Shown here piece after piece: positions 1 to 13,700 of a DNA stretch of 64,000 nt (within the stretch, counting starts at the first letter, position 1; each line of letters opens with the position of its first letter). The stretch covers positions 640,001-704,000 of the forward strand of contig CBDBCZ010000016.1 in NCBI GenBank assembly GCA_965203295.1, in the 5' to 3' direction. The stretch comes from Nitrospirales bacterium. GTDB taxonomy: Bacteria; Nitrospirota; Nitrospiria; Nitrospirales; UBA8639. A program made the position numbers and the translations under genes. The notes beneath the pieces were generated by a model. The model had not been told where the DNA came from. It made no database searches and saw only the letters and a list, made by a program, of their open reading frames with translations.

Positions 1-2
1 GA

Positions 3-91
3 TTGAGGAGTGATGACTATTGGAATGAGGAGTGAGGACTATTGGAATGAAGAGTGAGAACTATTGGAATGAGGAGTGAGGACTATTGGAA
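3..91. repeat. 22-bp minisatellite (TGAGGAGTGAGGACTATTGGAA), about 4 copies, probably continuing left of the window
   Basis: Direct repeats visible at the window start. Confidence 0.85.
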
Positions 92-809
92 CGTGGTGAT
101 GTGAGTATGGAACAAGGAGTGACCTCCAGGGCCACCGTAGTTGAGTCTATAGTGCAAGTTAGGTTCAATTCCCGTGTGAGGTCAGGTGCCTTGTGGAGTC
201 TAATAATTGGATGTGAATATTGTATGGTGGTGTGTGTGCATGGCAGATTGAGAGTGTGGCGGTGCTTTTCAAATGCTCACACACTATGGCACAAATAACT
301 TCGTTCCTGTAAACATACAGTTTGCACATGGCATACGTATCTGTGAATGATCTCAATCACATGGCATGGAGTAGTATGGATGCACTATGCATGTGGAAGA
401 ACTAAAAAATTAGGATACCACACACGGTATGATGGGACAATGTGCAAATTTTAAGAAACTTTATGCATACATGTAGCTACACAAGTTTCTATCATAGGTC
501 ACATGGTTGATGACTGGGTGTGCAGTTGAGTATGGGGGTGTGGTACAGATTGTGGTGGGTGTGGTTGGAAAGATGTAGGATGGTAGCTACGCGGTAAATG
601 CATTGCGATGTGATGTGTGGGTAGTCTGCACATGCATTGCGGTGTGCATTGTTGCTTGTTTCATTGGTTTTGGGGTAGTGTTTTTTGGTGGAAGTTAATC
701 CCTACATGACTTGTTTTTGCACTTTTTGCTATACACTGTAAGATATGGTGGCTAACAGAGTCATTTCTAATTCATCTTCATTGTTCGCCATTACGTATGC
801 GAATTGACA

Positions 810-1235
810 CCGGGAAGTCCTAAGCAATTCGACCCTCTCTGTTCACCACTAAGTGATTCGATCCTCACTGTTCACTGCTCACTGTTTACCGTTAAGCTAA
901 GCAATTTGGCCCTAAGCCTTGATTCAGTGATTGGCTTTTAAATAAAGGGGCTGAACAAATGGGCTTTAAGCTACGTACGTATATAGATCACATGAAATCC
1001 TATCATGTCTGTGACTTCGTAAACTTGTTCAGCCATAGTTTAAAACATGACATAGATACTGACAATCGAGGTATGCTGTCTGAAATGTTACCGTCCTAAG
1101 CTGTAGAGTTCAGGGATGATTTTGATTCTGATCGGAATGAATTGCTTAGCTATGCCTTGAATAATACTCCTGAATTGCTTAGGGTCGAATCGCCTTTATT
1201 ACCTGTGAGTGGTGAATTGTGAGCTGAATAGTCAC
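810..1235. repeat. Degenerate inverted-repeat element upstream of the RNF213-like gene
   Basis: CTAAGCAATTCGACCC-type motifs at about 819-915 recur as the reverse complement (AATTGCTTAG, GGGTCGAAT) at about 1140-1190. Confidence 0.45.
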
Positions 1236-1358
1236 TGTGCACAGCACCTGAGCACTACCTGACATATTAGTTGTGGTTACTTTTTGGTCTGGTCTTGTGG
1301 CTAGCCAAATTCAAAAACTTACCACCATAGGTATTTATGATGACTGTGTATCCCACAG

Positions 1359-1763
1359 GGCTAAGTGTAAGAGTCAGAGGAAAAGAGCCAATGTATTCTT
1401 TAAACTACCAATGGGCACCCTTTAGTGAGAATCCCAAGCCCATTCCCTGGATAGACATCACAGAACGTGATATCACCTACCCCCACATCCGGTGCTATCA
1501 AATCAAAACAGATGGTGAAGACCTACCATTCCTCATATCAACCTTGGAGAGTGCCAATCATGCAGTAGCATTAATTCTTATTAACAATGACAACACTTAC
1601 CAGATTCATCCTAGTCTTGTCTCCCAGGATTGGAATGTTAACTTTCCAATTCTTGTTATCAAGTTTGAGACTGGTTGCTTTTTAAAAAAGCTTTTAAAGG
1701 ATCATGACAGAAATGCAGAAGCCAAAGTGGAAGCTATCACTCAAACAGCACAGTCTAAACCAG
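1359..1763 (+). CDS. Exon encoding N-terminal PA (protease-associated)-like domain of the RNF213-like protein
   Basis: cag|GG acceptor, G|gt donor; AVALILINN...FPILVIKFETGCFLKKLL resembles the PA-domain pattern (A.avii.n ... iP...i....G..L...l); clear paralogous exon at 45276. Confidence 0.65.
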
Positions 1764-4700
1764 GTTTGTGATATGGTTGTGCAACTAATACCTAGTACTG
1801 TGTACATTCAATCATACTTCATTCTAATTTTGTAAGGAATTTTTGGACAAGCAGTACAGTCCATCAGCAATTGGTGCCATAACCGTCTTCAAAGCCAGAG
1901 TGATGCTAAACAAGAAAGTCTGGCAACAAGAATTGATGCATTGCTGTTTCCAGCCGGTGAACAGAGAATTGCAACACAAGATAGTTCACTTTTCAAGTCA
2001 GTAATGTCAGAGTTTTTTTACTTTGAAGAGGAGGTGAGACTATCCATAGAAAAATATTTACTTAGCCCCATCTCCAGGCCTTCCCTGCACACATGAAAAA
2101 CTAATTTGAAACAATGTAAAGTTAACCTCATTTACATTTTCATGTGTACAGGGAAGGCCTGGGATGAGGCTAACATTCACGGTGATTGATGACTTGCATA
2201 AATTTCTACATGTATGCAGGTTTGTGGCTCCTTCAAACAGTCTATGGCAAGTATGGTGTTTACAACACTTACATCAAAGTGCGAACAAAATTTCAAAGAA
2301 GACTTTCCCCTCTACATGGCTTTAGCTTATCGCACAAGCAGCATGTAAGTTGGAAATGGTGTTTGATGTGTATAATAATAGGAAGAATGTATGTAAATTA
2401 AGACTTAACCTGTTGTATAGTATTAGAATTCACTGTATCTAAATACCATAAACATGACTACAACCTAGCTCAATCCAGAGCAAGAGAGCAAGGTTTTACT
2501 GTACCTCATTTGCATTTTCAAGTGATGTTGATAGTACTATCAACATCACTGGCATTGGAATAAGTACTATCAACATCACTGGCATTGGAATAAGTACTAT
2601 CAACATCACTGGCATTGGAATAAGTACTATCAACATCACTGGCATTGGAATATACGGAAGTCCAGGGCAGACATCCAACTTCCACTTCTACCTTCCACTC
2701 TCCACCTTCCATTATCCAACTCCCACTTCTACCATGTCTCTAGTTACTATATAAAACTATAGTCACATGCCTAAAATTATGCAGTGATCTGAGGATCCCT
2801 CGCACTGGCGTCAATTATATTCAGAGCTTGCAGCCTTAGTGTGTACCGACACCGTTGCGATGGTGATTTCTGGTGTGGATGGAATTGGATAGGACTGTAA
2901 AAACCACTAAACAACAGAAGCGGGTGATTAAGAAATGGCGCATTGAACGGTTTCAGGACGAGGAAGTGAGACAGAAGTATCAGGAAGCCTTAAGTGTAGA
3001 AGTAGATGGGTTTCAAGGAAGGGTACGCCAATGGAAGACTCAGGGGTTGAGGGGATCAGAATTAGTGAAGGCAGTGGTTCAGGATTGGGAAGAGACAATC
3101 AAGAGGGTAGCATCAAAAGAAATTGGGGAAAAGGTGATAGTGTGTGGCAAAGCGGCGAGGTGGTGGGATGCTGAGATTAAAGAGAAGATTAGGTTGAGAA
3201 GGCAGGTTTATAAGGAGATTAGTAGTGGCAGGGAAGATAAATGGGGGGAGTATTACAAATTACGTTCAGAAATCAAGGAATTGGTATGTAAGAAAAAACT
3301 AGATAGTTGGAATGAGGTGATTGTAAAGGCTAGTAAAGATTTTTATGAAAATAGGAAAGAGTTCTGGGCATTTGTTGGCAGGACTTCAAAAGGTAGCCGT
3401 AAGGGTATTGCTTCTTTGAGGAGTACTTCAGGTTCATGTGTAACATTATGAAAGGTTGGGTACAGCATCTGTGGATGATCAGTTTGATGATAGTTGGAAA
3501 GAGCATATAGAAGAGAAAGTGACAGAGTATAGCGAAATATCTAGTTTGCAGAAGGATAAGGTTTCGGATAGAGGGATTAGTTATGCAGAAATTAAAAAGT
3601 GTTCTAAAAGCCTAAAAAATAATAGAACAGGAGGTAATGATGGGCTAGTTGGGGAGCTTTTTAAGTACGGTGGCAAAGGGATGGCTAATCTGTTGAAAGT
3701 CTTGTATGGGGTAGTTTGGACAGAGGAGAGTATTCCTAAGCAATGGAGACAAGGGTTAATTGTTAGCTTGTATAAGAAAGGTGATGCTGAGGACCCGGGT
3801 AATTACAGGGGCATTACACTATTGAATGTGGTAGGAAAGCTGTTTTGCAAGATTCTAAATAATCGCTTAGTAAGCAGATTAGAAGCAGAAAGGGCTCTTC
3901 ATGAGGGTCAGGCAGGATTTAGAGAGAAAAGGAGTTGTGTTGATAACATCTTTACTCTAAATGAAATTGTACAAGGTAGAATGAGGGAAGGAAAGCACAC
4001 TTATGCTTTTTTCTTGATGTTCAGAAAGCATTTGACACAGTTTGGCATGATGGTTTATGGTTTAAGTTATGGGAACTTGGGATTAGGGGTAGGATGTGGA
4101 GAGTGATTAAGAATATGTATGACATCACACAGAGTGCTGTTTTACTGGAGGGAGAAGTGTCTGAGCAATTCAATATAGGTCAGGGGGTGGCACAGGCTTG
4201 TAGTATGTCGCCTATCCTCTTTTCCATTTTTATTAATCAGTTGTTAGATGAGGTTGAGAAGGCTGGGGTTGGCATTACTGTTAAAAGGATGTTAAGGTTG
4301 GGGATCTGATGTTTGCTGATGATTTTGTAGGCTTAACTACTAATGCTGAGGACTTACAAACCTTGATTAATATAGTGCAGGGGTTTGTAATAAATGGAGG
4401 TTGAAATCTAACATAAAAAAGAGTGCTGTTATGGTATTTTCTAAACAGGTTAATACAGGTGCATGTACATGGAAGTGGGGAGATAAAGACATTCCAGCGG
4501 TTGTAAGTTACTGTTACTTGGGGATTGAATTTGCTAAGAATGGTTCATGGGATAGTCATGTACAGAAGGTAATAAATAAAGGAAAGAAAAAACTGAATCA
4601 ATTACATAGGTTTTTAAGTAATAGGAATATCAGTACCGTTGCAAGAAGGTTATTGTTAGTTTCGGTACTTCGCCCTACTTTAGAATATGGTAGTGAAGTG

Positions 4701-7700
4701 TGGGCTTGTAATAAAAGGCAGACAGCTTCCTTGGAATCTATTCAGCTAGGAGCAGCTAAAAAGATGCTTGGCTACTCTATGGTATTCGGATTGTTTCAAA
4801 ATTTATTGCAAAATTCACCCATCGTTAGCGCCAGATTTAGCGCTAGCGATAGAGCAAATCTGGCGCTAACGATGGGTGAATTTTGCAATGAATTTTGAAA
4901 CAATCCGAATGCCATACTACTCTTCTAAAACGTGTAATGAAGCAGTAAGGGGGGGATATGGGGTTAGAATCTTTGAAAGGCAGGAGGGATAGATGCAAAC
5001 TTAAGTGGCGGTATAAAGTCAATAATTTGAATGCTGAAAGATATCCTAGACTACTACTAGACAGTGAGTGGGAAGTGAAGCCGTGTAGGGGTAGGCAGAG
5101 GAAGACCTGGAGGAAAGTAATTAGTGAATTGTTGCTGCAGTTAAATCTAGACAGTCAGGAAATACTAGCTGAAGATTATAATGTAAACTTGTTTTTAGAG
5201 AGAGTAGATGAAGCATTGAGATGCAGAGAATATAAAGATTTTAATGATGGCTTAAATAGTAAAGTTAAACTTAGTCTTTACAAGTCTTTTTGTAAGGAAA
5301 TAGAATTTAAAAATTACTTGCAGGGGGTTGGGGATCCAGGAAAACGATTGTTGTTTAAGTTTAGGTCTGGTACTAATGGTCTGAATGAAGAGTTAGGAAG
5401 ACATCGGGGTAAAAATGATGATAGGCAGTGTAAGTTATGTGGGGATGAATATGAGAGTGTACGTAGTACATGTGTGCTCTGGGAGTGTCCTGCGTATGAT
5501 ACTATTAGAAGTACTTTCATGGAAGACTTAGACAAACTGTTGGGTGGAAGTTTTGAAGAGTTTAGTGCGCTCAATACTTTCGAGAGGACGGGCTTTGTTT
5601 TAGGGTGTGAGAATTGGGAAAGATATGATTTTAAGGCTTTATTAAGGCTATAGTTAAGAGTTTTATTTTATTAATCTGGGATACTAGGAAGAATAAATTA
5701 TATGGCGATCAGGATGGTAATGGTGAGACATCTGGTTGCTTTTGCTCTTGTCCTCTGACTGGAGATCTGTCAAGCTCCGCCTGCGTATGTGGGTGCGTGG
5801 TCAATGGCGTAAGCGCTACGGCAGCAACATGAGTATATTATTATTAGTCACATGCCTAAAGTGGAACTTGACAATGAATCTAAAATGGCCAGCAGACAAT
5901 ATTTCTACCACTGCTGGAATCTAGGCTGGCAAAATGCATTATAAAGAGTGGAATGTAGTACGGAAGCCCAGGGTGAACATCCAACTTCCACTTCTACCTT
6001 CCGCTCTCCACCTTCCATTTTCTCCTTATGTGATAGTATTTTGAATTTTCTACTTAATTTTTGCCACTTCCATTTTCTATTTTGCATATTCCACTCTTTA
6101 CAATGCATCTATGATCATTTGCCGTGTGTATAGCTACATACTTGATGTAGCTAGCTGCTGCAACTTTATCTTGAGTGTTAACATTATCACTAGCTACATA
6201 CATTATACAGGTTTTATTACCTTATGTGATGCCTATGGTTGTTGAGGAACCGCTGAATGACAGACGTTGTCAATCCGCAAAGAGAATAGTACACTATCAA
6301 ATCATTTCTATGTACGTATGGGTAGCTGGCTAGGCAGCTGCAGAAGGCCTGGAGAGTAAGAGATTCCTTCCATGTCTCTAGTTACTATACAAAACTATAG
6401 TCACATGCCTAAAGTGGAACTTGACAATGAATCTAAAATGGCCAGCAGACAATATTTCTACCATTGCAGGAATCTAGGCTGGCAAAATGTATTGTAAAGA
6501 GTGGAATATTCAAAATGGAAAATGGAAGTAGGAAAATAGAAAATTCAAAATACTATCACAGAAGGAGAAAATGGAAGGTGGAGAGTGGAAGTTAGAAGTG
6601 GAAGTTGGATGTCCGCCCTGGGCTTCCGTAGGAATAAGTACTATCAACATCACTGGTATTGGAATAACTAACAGTGCTCTAGTACAAAAGAACAATATTT
6701 GCGGCAAAAAGTACACATCGAAGAAATTTCAAGATGGAAATATAGCCCATCTATATACATTAAGTGCTGTGTTGATTTGGACAAAATTATTATCTTGTAA
6801 TTAAGTTATTGGCTCACATCAGGATACTTATCCTGAAGTGAGCCAGTGAAAGAATCGTGATGTGAGCAAGTGACCTAATAGCTGTATTCTCAGACAATGT
6901 TGATAGGTGCATACTTCTGTACACAATTTAGTGGAAGCCTTTTGTGGTATTCTGATGTTTGGAATTGTAGTACACTTTATGTATATACATTATGTTCTGC
7001 TTTTAGAAAGCAAGCTGACTACGAGTGTGAAGCTCTCCAGGGATTTGTGAATACCTGTATTAGGGGATTCGAAAATCTGAACAATTATTGTGTTACCACA
7101 ACACTGAAAGGTCTCTTTGAAAGGTATGTTGGAGAATTCCACTGCAGCTGCATATTGCTTGAATATGTGCACTTTCTACCATGCTAATTCAGGGATGACT
7201 TCATGGTTTGTATGAAGACCAAGCAGTCTTCTGTGATCGGTGCAGTTGAGCTAATTGGAAATGCATTCGATGGTCTCATGAGCAGAAGGACATCATGTCA
7301 AATATATTCTGCAATGTTATGGGGTAAGCACACATGACTATATATCAAATATGCTATGAGAAATAGTGAATAAATTTGGTGTTATTGCTCATAGGTACAA
7401 AATGTACATGGGGTCTGGCTGGCCACATTTGTCAGTGGCTATGGCTAAGCTTTAACAGCCAATAGTTCCGTATCTGTATGAAATAGCTACAATGTAGCAT
7501 AGCTAGTTTATTCTAAATGGCCTGCTCCAGATACCTATAAGTGATCACACGAGATACAAAGAGAGAGTTTCTTAATCACAGGAAATGAGAAATTATCCAT
7601 GTTTGTGCAAAAAGAAAATTTTGCTTTGCAACCTTTATGAAAACTGTTTAGTAGTTTTCTGGATCTGCCACTGCTGTAATGATGTAGGAAACATATAGTG

Positions 7701-10700
7701 GAGAAACTAGTCTAGCTGTTTTATATACTTTGTGTATGCATCAAGTAAATACGCTAGTCTATAGACCAGTATATTTGAAAAATATAAAAGTAGTACTGTT
7801 ATTCCTTTTGTTATACAGTCACAACCAGCCTGTACTTTTGTGTACGGAATAAAGTACAAGTGGAAAGTGCAGCTAGAATATGGCAAGAACAGTTATTGAA
7901 GGTCAGGCTGATATTACATTCACCATAATGCATAGCAACGAGGCTAATGCATATTTACATTCTAGTAAACAAGTCTGACATTACATGTCTAAAAACCAGC
8001 CGGGGAAACTTTCACCTACAATACACACAACTCAGCTCAGGCCAAGTTAACTGCTAGCCTCATTCCCAGGCTCTACTTCTCAGCTTTTTTCGCACGTAGT
8101 AAAATAAGTGGTCAGAGAGCCTGGTATATTTCGTCACGTGAATTGCGTTGGTTGCGTGATGTAGGTTGTGTGGTTTTGCTAAATCGAATTAAGCATGACG
8201 TATACGAGCACAGGCGCCTTTACGTTGCCGCCATGCGTACTAAAGCGTGTCGCCCTTACCAGCGACCGAAAATAGCGCTGCTCTTCGAAGAGACGGAGTT
8301 TTAATCGCTACAAAAGCGTGCACAGAACTCGGGCAGCATGAATGATGCCTCAGAAAACCGGAGACCCCGCGTCCAAGACTGCAGTCCGCACCCGGTGAGA
8401 CACTGTCAAGAGTCTGGCTGCGCGAGACTACTGAACAATGAAGAAACTGTGATGGTACGTTCGTTGAAACTCTGTTAGGTGTAGCTACTTACTGAACCTG
8501 CTTTTAATCATAATTTTAGTCCCAAGACAACCTGTAGATCCATATATAGCTATCTGGAGGTACACTCTAAATAATACACTATAAATGTAGGGCGATACGC
8601 TTTAGTACGCATGGCGGCAACGTAAAGGCGCCTTTGCTCGTATACATCACGCTTAATTCGATTTAGCAAAACCACACAACCTACGTCACGTAACCAACGC
8701 AATTCACGTGACAAAATACATATATACCAGGCTCTCTGACCGCTTTTTACTACGTGCGAAAAAAAGCTGGGAAGTAGAGCCTGGGAATGAGGCTAGCTAA
8801 CTGCAGCTGTAGAACTACAAATTATAGTAACTACTAATTATGCTACGGTAGGCATCCTGCAGAAACTGAGAAGTAATCGAACGCAGTACAGCGAAAGTGC
8901 CGAATGGGCAGTTTTGTCGTGCGCTTCCAGTTAGTAGCTATGCGTCCAGAAAACAAATTTTTACAGCTGCCTACCAGGTTTTCGTCATCTAGGCAACACA
9001 CAACTACCTTCATTTGCTGTAGCTTGGCCTACAAACCTCCAAAAGCTGCTCTATACCGCAGTTGCATAGTAACATATGACGTAATATATTGCGCACGTAA
9101 TAAGTGCGGACGCACAGACAAACAGACAGAAAAACGCGGAAAACGTAAAGCAATCTTGGGACCAGCCGTTTGCACGCTGCGCGCGCTCCGGCTGGTGAAA
9201 ATGCATATCCCACACCAACAAGTGAGAACCTGCTCTTTTAAAAGGCACAACTGCATACTGACTAAGCCTAACTTCAAGTCACTGCTTGTATGGATAGTAT
9301 GGGTAATCACATGGATTCGAGTGCGATTTGGGAATAATTGCATGAGCAATAGGCAAGGTAATTGCATGAGCGAAGCGAGTGCAATTTTGCCTTTTGCAAA
9401 TGCAATTACTCCCAAATAGTACGAGAATACATGTGATTCCATGTTAATCACAGCTCCTATAGCTGTAGCCTTTGTTGAAATAAAAAAGTGTGCGATTACA
9501 GAAAGTGTGCTATTATGGAATCTTGCCTATAGGGATGAATGTACTGTTACAAATATACCATGTGATTAGTGCAGTAATCAGTTGCTTGAGCACAGCTAAT
9601 GGCACACCAATGCTGTCATTGCACCCAGTACATTGTTGGGAAACTTTTTTTGCGAATCTGCATTACTCTTGCATATGTACTGTGACCTATACACTAGCCA
9701 TACTTTTTCTTTATAGAACTTAGAAGCAGTAGGTTTGTGTTATTTGTCTTTATAGAACTTTGAACCTGCAGTTTCAAGGTGGTCTGAAATAAAAATCTCA
9801 TTACAACCACTTGCATTAGAATGTTTCTCTCAACAGGACTGTCATAAATATCGCTTAAGTCCTGAAGACATTGAAGGTTTCAAGCGTGGCATTTCTTTGG
9901 GTCGGGCATTTGACCTACCTACAGAGTTAATGTTTAGCACCAGACACATTGGCCAGTTGCTGACTCCAAAGGCTGAATATAAAGTCCACCATTTCCGTAA
10001 ACAAGGGTAAGTTAGAACCTAATAGTCAAACTAGTAAGTATCACTTTGTCTCTTGGTGTGCAAGGCTAAATTTGTAGAATTTTTAGCCTCCTTATGACAC
10101 TCATTTGCTACAGCCATGGGTATCATGGGTCTTCAAATCCCAAAGTGTATCTCTGCCAATGTTAGACCCAATTGCTAGGTTTATGAACTGCATCCATTTC
10201 TCACATGCATATTATAGGAATGTACTAACTGCTATTAAGGAGTCATTTACATGTACTGGTGAAGAATTCATGGAGTGTGTTGCTGAGAGGCTGAGAGTTT
10301 ACTATGATGATTGGATAAAGGGAAAGCGTCGAGGATGGATAAATGCTTTAAGTGCTGAGGGGACCAGATTAGGAGCAGTTAAAGATGTAAGTTTCAGACA
10401 ATATCCCGAGTGAATAATTACCTGGTATATCTCTTGATAAGGAAACAAGTACTGGTACAAACAATTTCAGCAACTGCAGAAATGCCTGATGGGGTGTGCT
10501 ATCCCTATACGCAAACTTTCATTTAGCAGTTGTAACATGCAAGAGGATTAACCATACTCCTAACCCTAATGTGACTTTTTACTATCTATGGATACAAACA
10601 TGGCACTAGCTGCAGGAGTGTAGACTATATTGTATAGTAAAATATGACAACAACATGTGGTAAGTGTAGGCAGACAATGAAAAAAGCAAGTAAATGCAGG

Positions 10701-13700
10701 AAATGTAGAGCAATCATATCTTAGTTTACTTTTTGCGTGTGTGCCTGGCTAGTAAACAGAGGAGCTTCTCTCATTAAAGTACCAGTGCCTGAGAATATGT
10801 AAATTATTGTAAGACAGATATCTACCACATAATAGTTTAGCTATGGGAAGTTAAAGTTTGCACTGATTGTGGGTACAGTATAATAGCTGGAGACACTGAT
10901 GGATATGTTCTATACCTGTTGTTGTTACCTTAGTCTCCATGTATAATTTTGGTGCCTTTACAGTAGCTTTTCCAAAAATACTCACTTAACATATTCCTAC
11001 TCCTCTGCTTAGTACTTCCCTTCCCAAAAAACCTTTTTTCCGAAAAATCTGCTGGCGAAACATGTGACTAATTGATATGGGCTTAAGGTGCATGCATAGC
11101 AATGGCTGTGGTGTTATACATGGTGAACAACTAGGCATGCAAAACTTGCCTATAGCCTTTCGCTAGTGTACACTAGCCTGGCAATGGTGCTGAAGACTGT
11201 CTATCTGGGAATGTCTACTATATAAGAAGAGTTTCCGGAGATCCCTGTAGAATTAGTGAATGGGACTTCTGCTGAGCAAGCTTTGCATCTCGTCTGAGTT
11301 TTAACAGTTTCATAGCAAGTTTTCTTTTGTAGTCATGACATTGTGACCATTGATCTACCTACCTTTGCTCCCCATTAGCAGTTGTGTCAGCTGTAAAAAT
11401 ATTACTCCCAGCATGATATTGTGATTTGTAATAATATATTCATGTTACTGCCTTAGCGCTTATACCATTGACTGCGCACCCACACACTCAGGCAGAGCTT
11501 GTACTCAAGTACACAAATTGTGTAGTTTCTACTATTCCTAAGTTGTAGGCTAGTTAGGGTGGCTGAAGTCTATATTTCTCACAGTTGCAGGCCTGTGAAC
11601 ATTTATGTTCTGTGTCATTTCTTACAGGGTCTGTATTTTGTGGATGGTCTACTACAAGTTGTCATTGTTAACAAATGGAGTTTTGAACAATGGAATAAGT
11701 ACTTTGAACGCTGGTTAATGCTGCTGCTGAGCCTGGTTGATTTTGAGATGAGCCCACATAATTGCTTGGAAGCAATGCTATCTTCAGACTACCTTGTAGT
11801 AGCAAAGTACCGAACATTTCTTCATGCAAAAGTAAGCATGACAGACAACAAATTTCTGTACAAATTATTTTAAGGAGTAGAACTTGTAATAAACTGCTTA
11901 TGTGCATTTCTGATCAAGAAGACCTGTAACCAAATAAATCTACTTTGGAGCATTGGGTAAGAGCAGGAGCACATGAACTTCATAAGGGTAGCTACGAGCA
12001 GCATGCAACTCCAGACATAGAAATCTTGTAGAGTAGAGCTACTGTCATGGCGTATGAGAAAAGTGTGAGCAGCTAGTCTACTACGGCACTGAATCTACAG
12101 AGTGTAGTTTTGTGAGCTCATATTCCAAATAAGGCGAAGATTTACTTACTTATGATGCACTCCTGGTAATTATATTGGAATGCTCTCTTGTCCTACACCT
12201 TGATGGTACTATCTACCTGGTGTAGATTATTGATGAGACCAAAAAGTCACTCGATAAGCTTCCAGTGCACCAACTTGTCAGTGCTTGGATTAGTATATGG
12301 CCAGCTCAGGTAAGTACCTCCATCACATAAATATAATGAAGACATGTAAATCCTATACTTGCTTGCTGTTCACAGCTACTGGAGGACTATCTTGATGGGT
12401 ATATAATACCACAGTCTTTTGTACTTTCAGAGCCAAGATGGAAGAACTTTTTTCATATAGTAACAAAAAGGCAAGTTAGACCTAAACAAAGGTGGCGGAA
12501 ACCAGTAAGGCTGGTCTGGTTTTGGCTGGGTCACTTTTAGCAATTGAAGTAGGCAGCATTTTTATGTTTTTATATGTTCTGATAGGCCAGACAACCCCTA
12601 AACTACTTCTATAACTCCCACTTTTTTAAAACGTGCATTATTGCTCAGCACTGAAAGTTTAGTCTAAATCTAAAGCCCATGCAGGTTGCCTACTGATGGT
12701 GTGGTTTAACTGATTCGTAGCTATTACTGCACTTAGCATGTGCAAATTGTAATCAGCAGTCACTATGTAATCAGTGCTAGATATGAAGTGTGTAAGCAAA
12801 ATGAATTAACGAAGGGCACTATAAACTGCAGCTCCAAGGGCTGTATATGAAATACACAAGTGTATGTGTTTCCATACAGCCCACCTGGAGCTGCAGTTTA
12901 ACTGATTTGTAGGAAGGAATGGTTGAGCGTGTTTGAGTTAGCAGTAAGTGCAGTCAGCATAGTGGGTTACTGTTCTAGCTGTCTGTAGCTGGTCAGTTAC
13001 CTGGCCAAACTGGTGTGATTTTGGTGGGACCGCTTTTCGGCAAGTGAAGTAAATAAATTTTTCTGTGGGTCCGCAGCCTCTGCCAGGATATATACCACTC
13101 CTAAACCTTTTCTGCTAGAGTGCATTTTGGATGAGTACATTAGTGTATTAATGTGTTCATCGCGCAAACACAATTAATCACAATTTATATGTTCTATATT
13201 TTTATCTGTATGCCAAATTTATTGTTCTGCTGAAGACTCATACAGCATCAGCCACAGCTAATGTAGGAGAGTAGAGAGACGGGCTGTGCTGCTTAAAACT
13301 TGCATTTGATCACTGAATCATGCCATCCATTTTTGACACTTATGTGTTTCTACTTATACTTAGGCTGCACAAATTGCACTAACTTTCAGAGTTTCCTTTT
13401 GTGAACACACCCCTTCCCCCTCCTGAAGCCCGGGAAGTGTACGTACTTCACTATCATGCTGGTTATTTATGACCAGTGGCCTGCTGAATATTGCATCTGT
13501 AACCATAAAGTAGTGGTACATGCACTATGTACTTGCACATGTACACAAGTATGTAGTGTTATATTATGCAAGTCACCTAATGCAATATATGTACATGTAT
13601 GTATTGCTTTATTGTATACTGCACATATGTTTATTTCTATAAAGGTTTCCAAGTGCTACTCACCAGAAGGTTCTCCATAGATTCTTGATTAAAATAGCAG

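Noticed and set aside
992..1070. Candidate first coding exon (MKSYHVCDF...TDNR|G, phase 1) for the RNF213-like gene
   Set aside because: Phase fits, but it lies inside an inverted-repeat element and has no similarity to the paralog's first exon; not supportable without transcripts
2532..2651. 30-bp repeats resembling a CRISPR array
   Set aside because: Repeats are contiguous with no spacers, there are no cas genes, and the context is a eukaryotic intron
8904..9451. Overlapping 140-171 aa ORFs on both strands
   Set aside because: They lie within non-autonomous repeats and have no recognisable protein motifs
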